NCBI RefSeq assembly: GCF_009914755.1
Contig: NC_060948.1
Reading direction: 5' to 3' (one strand)
Length of the DNA stretch: 64,000 bases
Source of the DNA: the human T2T-CHM13v2.0 reference genome, Homo sapiens
This document shows, in pieces, positions 47,298 to 64,000 of this stretch. Each line of letters starts with the position of its first letter. Within the stretch, counting starts at the first letter, position 1. The translations under genes and the position numbers were made by a program. The notes beneath the pieces were generated by a model that did not search any database, was not told the origin of the DNA, and saw only the letters and a list, made by a program, of their open reading frames with translations.

Positions 47298-48515
47298 TTT
47301 ATTTGACTTGCTAAGAAGGGAAATTTTCCATAAAAATCTGGCATCTCCATGTGACCCCCTCAATGGCTTTGCTTTGTTTTGTTTTAACTACAGCTGCAGT
47401 TGCAAACGCCTGAAGATGGTCAATTATCCATAACAAGCATTCATACTTGAGGTGCTGAAACCACAACTTTTTCATGGTATTTGCTCAGATCATGCAAGTG
47501 CTTCAATCGTGTATTTTTTTCAATATTCTGGTGCCATGAAAATATAAATACCTAAATGAAGTCTTTCCAGACAGGTATTTGGTGATGGGCATTGATTGCA
47601 GAAAAGGAGCATTCTCCAAAAAAGATGCTAAGGGGGAGAGCAAGTAAAACTTTTGGGAAGAAATATTTACCTGGGTGTGACAAAGGGAGTTGAACCAAAC
47701 TGAAAAGAATTGTATTTCACCTAGTTATGTTAATGGACCCTTCAGTGAATTAAACATTATTTTTAATTTCTGCACACTTAAAAAATTGAATACCACCACA
47801 AAAATGGGGGAAAAGAATTAGATTTTCACCCATCAGAGATGAATTTGAAATGCTAATATGACCACGCTAGAACTAGGAAAAATACATAACCAGGAATATT
47901 TCTGGAGCATTCACTTAGTTTCCCATTCAGTGAAATGGTTATAGACAACACTGTAATTCATATTGGCTGGATTTTTCTTCCACACATATCAGTACAGGCA
48001 TTAGACTATTAATTGAGTACTTCGTTCATTCGTTGAAGCTAGATCTAGTGCCCACTGTGCGGTAAAGACTGCACACTGTGTAGCCCTTCACAGACTAAAG
48101 TAGATTACTTTCAGTTTTTTCTAGAAGTTGTTCTCCCACCTTTGGTGCTAGATCTAAAGTCACCTACCCCTTGATTTCTATTCCCTTCTCCATGTTAATA
48201 AATATTCCCGACATTTGAAAATTTATGGAGAGAAACTACAACTTCACTCAGACTAATTCTTTTAAGGACACGCATTTGTCCTTAAAATGCATTTGAACAT
48301 TCTACTGAATGCCAGCAATTTAAACTCAGGGTTTTAAGCAGATTAACTTGAAGCCCTTCTTCTTTATGAAATAAAAAGTTTAGCCTTCTAGCTTACACTT
48401 AGGATGTAGACAGCTGTCAAGAAGATCATTGCTCCTGCAATAAAGGCAAAATGAAGGACATATCAGAAATGAATTCAAATTTTCCTGAATCTGTTAGAAA
48501 ACCACAGTTGCAGGG

Positions 48516-49443
<928 letters not shown>

Positions 49444-49756
49444 TAGTGAAAAGAATCAGCCTGGAATACAAGGAAAGGCAGGTGTTTCTAAGGTGAGATA
49501 GGATGTGTGCACATCTTGCCATGAACAGACATGGAAAACACCCAAATGGATAAGACACATGCAAATAAAGTATCAAAGGGCTTGACAGTGGACTAGGGTG
49601 AAGTTATAGGATGTCTGGGAGACATGGCCATAAGAGAAATTTGCAGCTTTCACTGAGTCTTCACAAAATTTTCCTGGTACCTACAAGGGAGACTGGGGAC
49701 AGGTTGAGAGAACTGAAGAAGCACCCTCAAGATGATGTCTGGGGAGAATTGAACAG

Positions 49757-50220
49757 CAGTGGAGGAGACTCTTCTCCATGGGTCTCTTGTCCTCCATATC
49801 TTATGGGTGTGATAAGAAAGAATGACAGGCTCCGACCACCCTTTACCCGGAGCATTTCTCATGGTTGTTGTTCTACTCCCTGTTCAACCTTGAAGGAGGA
49901 GGTGACATATTCCTCCAGGACAAGAGCAGGCTCTGCTTATTGGGGGTTACAAAGTGGTAGAGTTTTCCCAAGTTCTGTGTATCCCTCTTGTAATGCAGCC
50001 CACGGCAGGTGTAGGTTCCTATCCAAGTTCATCCGCAGCACCCCTTTGTGATACTGATAAAAAAAGGTTGATGTTCTGGCAACGACTTTGCTGGAAGCAA
50101 GTTCCTCTATTCTTCGACCTAAAAGTTCTGTGTCTTCTGCCAGCATCCATAGAATTGCAGCAAGCTATTTTATTAACTTACAAACAGGATATACTCCCAG
50201 ACTCCTCATAGTTCTTGATG
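49757..50220 (+). mobile_element. LTR40-family ERVL LTR
   Basis: ggagactcttctccatgggtctct… and tgtcttctgccagcatccat…cagactcctcatagttcttga termini. Confidence 0.65.
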
Positions 50221-50399
50221 GGTGGCCATTGTGAGAAAGGCAGGAAGCCTCTCCTGGCTTGCAGTTTGCAAGTGAAACAAAAGCCTTTAGCTTCAGGAAA
50301 TCCTGTGTAGCTGAAGATACTATAAAGCCTTAAGAAAATAATAATAATAATTTTATTATGTATTATACTATATATAATGAATATTATATACAATATACA

Positions 50400-50862
50400 C
50401 AGTTGATCCTTGAATAACATGAGTTTAAACTATGAAGATCTACTTATCAATGGATTTCAGTATGCTGTTAGTTAAGTTTTAGGGGATTTAAAATACGTGA
50501 ACTATTTTTGAGATTGAGTCTCACTCTGTCACCCAGGGTGGAGTGCAATGGTGCACTTTTGGCCAACGGCAACATTCCTCTTCTGGGATCAGTAAAGTTT
50601 CCTGTCTCAGCCTCTTGAGTAGCTGGTTACAGGCATGTGCCACCATGCCTGGATACTTTTTGTATTGTTAGTAGAGGGTTTCAACACGTTTCACCATGTT
50701 GGCCAGGCTGGTCTTGAACTTCTGACATGAAGCAAACATTCACGTTGGCATACCAAAGTGCTAGGATTCTAAGCATGATCCACCATGCCCAGCCTACATA
50801 TGAACTTTTAACTGTACAAGGGATTGGTGTCCCTAAGCCTCACCTTGTTCAAGGGTCAACTG
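50400..50862 (+). mobile_element. Tigger2-derived MITE (MER8-like) with nested Alu
   Basis: Terminal inverted repeats cagttgatccttgaataa… / …ttgttcaagggtcaactg followed by TA. Confidence 0.85.
50503..50794 (-). mobile_element. Alu (diverged)
   Basis: Both arms; flanks atacgtgaact/acatatgaact. Confidence 0.88.
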
Positions 50863-50864
50863 TA

Positions 50865-51320
50865 TACAATTATATATATAATATAATCATATGTAATATA
50901 TATTATATAATTGCATATAATGCATTATGGATACTATATATAGTTATACATATATGATGTATATTATACATTATATTCTATATCATATATAATATATTTA
51001 AGTAGGTAATATATAATGTATATTTTATAACATATAATTAATATTTTGTTAATTTTTAATATAACATACTATGTAATATATACCTGTATCTGTCACCTAT
51101 CTCTCTGTGTATTATCAAAGTATCAAATCTATCATCTACGTATCTTCTATGTATCATCTATATATCTATCATCTATCTATTATCTATTGATCTATATATC
51201 TATTATCTATCTGCTATCTATCTTTCCTATATCTATCTATGATGTATCTATTTCTCTATTATCTATCTATCTCTGTATCTCTGTATCATCTATATCATCT
51301 ATCTATCTATCTATATCTCT
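50865..51320. repeat. TA-rich then degenerate (TCTA)n low-complexity array
   Basis: Direct inspection. Confidence 0.85.
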
Positions 51321-51809
51321 CCATGCTAGTGAGATGATGAGAAGATTACTTCACTTCTGTAATATTCTTTCCAGCATCCCCTAACCCCATTCTTATAATA
51401 AGACAAACAACAGACAAATCTGGCATTGGAAATATTCCACAGACTACTTGAAAAGTATTCAAGACTGTTGAGGTCACGATAAAGCAAGAGAAGGCTGAGA
51501 AACAGCCACAAACAAGTGGAGATGGGGGAGAGGTGAAAAGTAAGTGCAGCGTGATCTTTCACTGGGATCCTGTGACAGAAAAAATATCATTCACAAAATG
51601 CTGGTGGAATCTGCCTAAAGCCTGAGGTGTGCTTAAGAGTGCTTTATCAGTGGTATCGGATTCTTAGCTTTGGAAAGTACACCATAACCACATTAGATGT
51701 TAATAATGAGAGGAACTGGATGAGAGTTGTACAGGGACTTCCTGCACTCTATGGCAATCATTCAATCAAGCCTATTTTAAAAATTCCATCTTAAGAAATG
51801 CACAGTCTG

Positions 51810-52534
<725 letters not shown>

Positions 52535-52784
52535 TCAACATCTTTAGTTAAAGAAATGGAAATTACAACCACAGGGAAATATTACTACACATGAGTGAGA
52601 AGGTCTAAAATTTAAATCAACATACAAGAACAAAAATACTGAAGCAAAACCCTAACAATATGAGTGTCAGTGAGGAGGTGGAGTAGCAGAGAAACTTTCT
52701 ATGTTAGTGATGGGAATGCAGAATGGCACAGGCACAGGAAAACAGAGCAGTGGCTTCTTATGAAACTAAACATGTAAGTACTAT

Positions 52785-53518
52785 TGAAACAGGTGAGTTC
52801 CCTGACCTTCCTTGTGGGATGTGTAACAGGGGTGTGACATGTCTCTTCATCTGCTGCTGCTCAAACCCCTTCTGGGAAGAGGACCATGCAGACAGGCAGG
52901 CACAGGAGCTGGGGTGAGTGACTTTGGGCCCTGATCCCATGGTAGCATCCAGCGGTGGGTACCTGCCACTCCTGAAGCCCCAGTGGGTGTGTTACAGTGC
53001 TCTTTTAGCTTTGCCATCCACAAATGGCTTATGTTTTAGCCATCTTAGTGCCCTGGTACCCAGGTTCTTGTCTGGCATCCAGGAAAAATCAGGGCACACA
53101 GACAATTTGGAGAATGGTAAATATGGGGTATTTTATTGCTAGATGGAGGTGGCTATCAGTGAGATGAATGGGGAGATGGAAAGGGGATGGAGAGGGAAGA
53201 TGATCTTCCCCTTGAGTTTGGCCATCCTGTGGCTAACCTCTCTGACTGCCCCTGGTCGAACTCTAAATATTTAGCTACTCCTTCTCTTCCCTCCTCTGCT
53301 ATGCCACTCTTCTGCTGCTCTGCTCCTCTGCTTGTAGAGCCTGGAGTTTATATGGGTACAGAACAGGGGGGTGTGTTGAGCCAAAAGGCAACATTTGGGT
53401 GTGAAAACAGGAATGCCTGTTCCTGTTTAGGGCCATGGGTTTCCAGGCTTGAGGGTGGGACTTTTGTTGGGTAATCACCCTCTTGAACCCAGTATTTCCC
53501 TCTCTCCCGTCCATATCA
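52785..53518 (-). mobile_element. LTR1-family (HUERS-P2 group) solo LTR
   Basis: Minus-strand start tgatatggacgggagagagggaaatactggg…ccaccctcaagcctgga; flanks ctat/ttac (both one transition from ctac). Confidence 0.8.
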
Positions 53519-54559
53519 TTACCTGACTCAACAGGACCCAGAAGTCTCTTCCTAAGTGTTACCAAAGAGAAATGAAAATTAATGTTCATTTTAAAAAAAG
53601 CCTGGTACTGAGCATTTATTGTTGCTTTAGTTGTAATCATTAAAAACTGGAAACAACACAGATGTCCTTTCAAAGATGAGAGGGTTAAGTAAAAGAAAAT
53701 AAAACTGTAGTACATGTACAGAATGAAACACTATCCAGCAACAAGAAAGAAATGAATTGCTGATACATACAACAATGGGGGAAATCTCAACTGTATTAAC
53801 CTACATGAAAAAAGCCATTGTAAATAGGGTGCATATTGTGTTACCCAGTTATAAAATATTCTGGAAAATGCACTATACAAACAGACTAGTGGTTAGATTA
53901 GTAGCACTTGAAGGCTGACGAGACAGAAAGGTTGATGACAAAAGGTCAAAGAATGATGTGTAGTTTGAGGCACTACTTTATGCACAGATTATGTTGTCAA
54001 TATGCTTACTATTTTCATCAAAACTTGCAAAACCCTACAAAAAAAAGAATGAGTTTTACTTTATATATAAGATAATCACAATTATTTTTAAAATCATCAT
54101 TGTGAGAACACACATAAGAAACATATGAAACATAAAACAGGTGTCAGGCTTGCAGAAATAAAATTTAGAATATTAGATTTTCCACAATTCCCTTTGTGAG
54201 TGAGAAAGCACGATTCATTTTCAGCATAGAAGAGAAAACCAAAGCTCAGAGCAGTTTGACCACAAGTCCTCAGTCACACAACTGAGAAATGCTCAAATGC
54301 TCAAAAGTCAATACCTTTCTGAGTATCTCTCTGCAGTTCTTAATTTCTGGCACAATCATAAAGCTTTGGGGGAAAACATAAAAGCAGAGAGCTCAAAGGG
54401 TAGTGAAACGGCAACTCACAACACATTTGTTATTAAAAAAGCTAATTAGTCATATTTCTTTCACATTACATGGGGCTGTAAGACTGTCAGCACTCGTGAT
54501 AACAAAAAATTTATTCACAGACTTGAGGAGAATAAAAATGCCTCAGATGAAATGTATGG

Positions 54560-54938
54560 TTTTTTTTGTTAATTTTTGTAGGTACATAGTAGTTGTATCT
54601 ATTTATGGGTTACGTGAGATATTTTGATACAGGCATACAATGTGTAATAACAAACATCAGGGCAAATTGGGTACCACACCCTCAATTATTTGTCATTTGT
54701 GTCCAGTTATTTGCAACAACATGGATGGAACTGGAGGTCATTATGATAAGTGAACTGAGACAGATGCAGAAAAACAAACTTTGTATATTCTTGTTTATTT
54801 ATTAGAGCTGAAAATCAAAACAATTGAACTATGGAGATAGAGGGTAGAAAGATGGTTACCAGAGCCTGAAAAGGGTAGTTGGGGGGTTGTTTAATGGGTA
54901 CAAAATATAGTTAGAAATAATGAAACCTCTAGTATTTA
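54560..54938. mobile_element. L1MA with 5' inversion
   Basis: Poly-T plus antisense 3' end (54560-54700), then sense piece tttgcaacaacatggatggaactggagg…gggtacaaaatatagttaga. Confidence 0.85.
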
Positions 54939-54945
54939 ATGAACT

Positions 54946-55023
54946 TTATATGGCCTTTCAGCAAACAGATGCTAAACATACCACTTATATGGCCTTTCAG
55001 TGAACTGACCCTAAACTTAACAT
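54946..55023. repeat. 39-bp tandem duplication
   Basis: ttatatggcctttcag…ctaaac repeated at period 39. Confidence 0.75.
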
Positions 55024-56218
55024 TTTAGAAGGGAATGTGCACCTTAAAGGGTTATATGAACCTGACTTTCAAGTTCTCCAGTGTTGGGACTGTATCTAAT
55101 TCATCTACTTATCCAACTATATTAGTTTTAGGCATCTATTTAGGTGTGTTATTTGTAGTGTCCTGAAAAAGGCAGTTTTGTGGTAAAGGTTTTCCTTAGT
55201 TTTCTAGGTTTAGTGGCAGAACCCCTTTGCATTTGATTAATATTTTTCTACCAGCTGGGATGACTATGGAATAGCTGTGCATTGAGGCTAAAAGAACTTG
55301 TGATTCAAAAGACAGAAAGGTACACAAGCCCTGTTATCTTGGTATTCCAGAAGTAGCAATTCAGTGAATTTAGATAAACAATGACAGGTTGAGCATTTTG
55401 TAAATTGTCATTCCTGAGATCAGTGGGAACCGTCCACTCTAGGGACCCCAGCCTTTATATGTAGTCTTACTTTTAAAAAAGTCATCAATCCTGGCTTTTT
55501 AGCTGATGGAAAAAAAAATCCAGCTAGTTTTCTGGTATCCATACTATAATTCCCAAAAAGATGGAATATATTTAGAATATGCTTATAATATTCTTTCAAC
55601 ACTGAAATTACGATTACAACAGGACAATCTTCATGTAGAGTCTCATTCCATAGCTACTTTCTCCTTGGTTTTTCATTTACATCAGATTCTAATATTAAAC
55701 AGACTTTAAATTTGTCATTCAACAGGACACAGAAGCAAATGCAGTTCTCTCAGTAATCAGCATTATGAGATTTTTTTTCTTACAAAGAGGCTAGTGCTTA
55801 TATAAAGATGGCTGAAGAATATTTTTTCTAAAAAACCAGCTGAAAAAAAGTCGTTAAGGCCCCAGTAGAATTCAAGTACAGGATTAAGTCAAACAGCCAA
55901 ACACACTCCTACATGGATAAACTGTTGAATCACATTCAGTGAAACCTGAAACAATAAACAAAAAGTCTCTCTAATGTTCTAAAGTAGTACCACAAATTAA
56001 CTCTCCCTATGTATACTTAGTAAACCTGATGCATCATGTCATTAGTTAACATTTGTGCATTTTGTTGTTTATGTGCTATACTTTAAAGAAAAAAGCAACC
56101 AAAATAAAAATACATTACAAACTATGCTGTTTCTTTATAATCAACTTTTTCCTTCATCTCCCCTGGCATTTTGTGGTATGACAGTCATTTTAAAAGTACC
56201 ACTAAATTTGTGACTTCT

Positions 56219-62391
<6,173 letters not shown>

Positions 62392-62914
62392 AACTTGTGA
62401 CTTCTAATATCACTTTGTTCACTTACCTGTGGTTGTTTCAATTATTCTTCTATGGAATCTGTAATATTACAGTTTTTAATATTGATAAGGTTTTTCTGCT
62501 GGAGGCTTTTCATACAATAAATTGAGTTTTTTGTTTGTTTGTTTTTTACTTTTTTTTCCAGATTTTGTTTGTTAGTTTTGTTTTGTTTTAACACCATGAT
62601 TATCTTTCTTCTTTTTAGAGTCTTTTTGGAGTCTCAAGTTTGATAAAAAACTACCAATAATGATTTGTTAGAAACAAACTTTTGCAACTTTTCTGTGCCT
62701 CCTCAGAGTGAATGCTGTAAGACCATGTATTATATCTTCTCCAGCATATAGAAAGGAGAGCTTTGGTCAGTTCAGGGTAAAACTTAAGCAGTAATGCTAA
62801 CACATAATATGTTGTGATTTAATAAAGAGAGATAGAATAATAAATACCAGGCATGTGATTGAATGACCAAGTATCAAATATAGTATAACCTACAGCATTA
62901 TGATTTGTGTCCTA

Positions 62915-63304
62915 TTTTTTTTTTTTTTAAGTTCAGGAGTACATGTACAGGACCTGCAGGTTTGTTACAGAGGCTAAACATTTGGCATGGGTGTTTGTTG
63001 TACAGATTATTTTATCATCCAACTATTAAACTTAGTATCCATTAGTTATTTTTCCTGATCCTCTCCCCTCTCTCAACCCCCACTCTTTAATAGACCAGTG
63101 TATGTTGTTCCCTGCTAAGTGTTTATGTGTTCTCATCATTTAGCTACCATTTAAGTGAGAAAATATGGCATTTGGTTTTCTGTTCCTGCATTAGTTGGAT
63201 AAGGATAATGGCCTCCATCCCCATCCATGTCCTTTCAAAAGACAAAATCTTTTTCTTTATTAAGGCTGCTTATTATTCCATGGTGGGTATGCACCACATT
63301 TTCT
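62915..63304 (-). mobile_element. Older L1PA (PA13-15-like) 3' end
   Basis: gttcaggagtacatg…ttgttgtacagattatttt…ttagttatttttcctgatcctctc. Confidence 0.8.
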
Positions 63305-64000
63305 TTTTTGTTTAAATTTTATTATTATTATACTTTAAGTTTTAGGGTACATGTGCACAACGTGCAGGTTTGTTACATACGTACACATGTGCCATGCTGG
63401 TGCACTGCACCCATTAACTCATCATTTATCATTAGGTATATCTCCTAATGCTATCCCTCCCCCCTCCCCCCACCCCACAACAGTCCCCAGTGTGTGATGT
63501 TCCCCTTCCTGTGTCCATGTGTTCTCATTGTTCAATTCCCTCCTATGAGTGAAAACATGTGGTGTTTGTTTTTTGGTCCTTAAGATCATTTGCTGAGAAT
63601 GATGGTTTCCAGTTTCATCCATGTCCCTATAAAGGACATGAACTCATCATTTTTTATGGCTGCATAGTATTCCATGGTGTATATGTGCTGCATTTTCTTA
63701 ATCCAGTCAATAATTGTTGGACATTTGGGTTGGTTCCAAGTCTTTGCTAATGTGAATAGGGCTGCTATAAACATACGTGTGCATGTGTCTTTATAGCAGC
63801 ATGATTTCTAATCCTTTGGGTACACACCCAGTAATGGGATGTCTGGGTCAAATGGTATTTCTAGTTCTAGATCCCTGAGGAATCGCCACACTGACGTCCA
63901 CAATGATTGAACTAGTTTACAGTCCCACCAACTATTTAAAAGTGTTCCTATTTCTCCACGTCTTCTCCAGCACATGTTGTTTCCTGACATTTTAATGAGC
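63305..64000 (-). mobile_element. L1PA (PA4/5-like) 3' end inserted in the older L1, runs off window
   Basis: tatactttaagttttagggtacatgtgcacaacgtgcagg…; ORF2 C-terminal peptides. Confidence 0.92.

Noticed and set aside
49611-50051. 146-aa ATG ORF
   Set aside because: It runs from probable old L1 5' sequence into an LTR40-like LTR and has no recognisable domain.

Overview
This is human-type, AT-rich, gene-free genomic DNA; a near-perfect AluYa5 with all five diagnostic positions points to Homo. It is almost entirely interspersed and simple repeats. These include about 22 Alus, L1PA copies (one full-length with TSD) and old L1M fragments, MaLR/ERVL/ERV1/ERVK solo LTRs, Tigger/mariner relics and long GATA/GGAT and TA arrays. 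Three decayed proviral structures stand out. (1) A deleted ERVL-class element at ~18.6-22.5 kb keeps RT-thumb/RNase H, a dUTPase and gamma-type env remnants. (2) An LTR8/HUERS-P1 provirus spans 28908-43260. (3) An antisense LTR30/HERV30 provirus with a syncytin-1-like TM remnant (35433-41009) is nested inside it. I found no intact cellular gene, and the ORFs I could assign are repeat-derived. I see no support for a new biological system. The most unusual signals are the dUTPase+env ERVL element, several local inverted (template-switch-like) duplications, multi-level nested insertions, a tRNA-like cassette inside HUERS-P1 and a candidate CTCF site. Subfamily names come from recalled consensus sequences and need RepeatMasker/Dfam confirmation.
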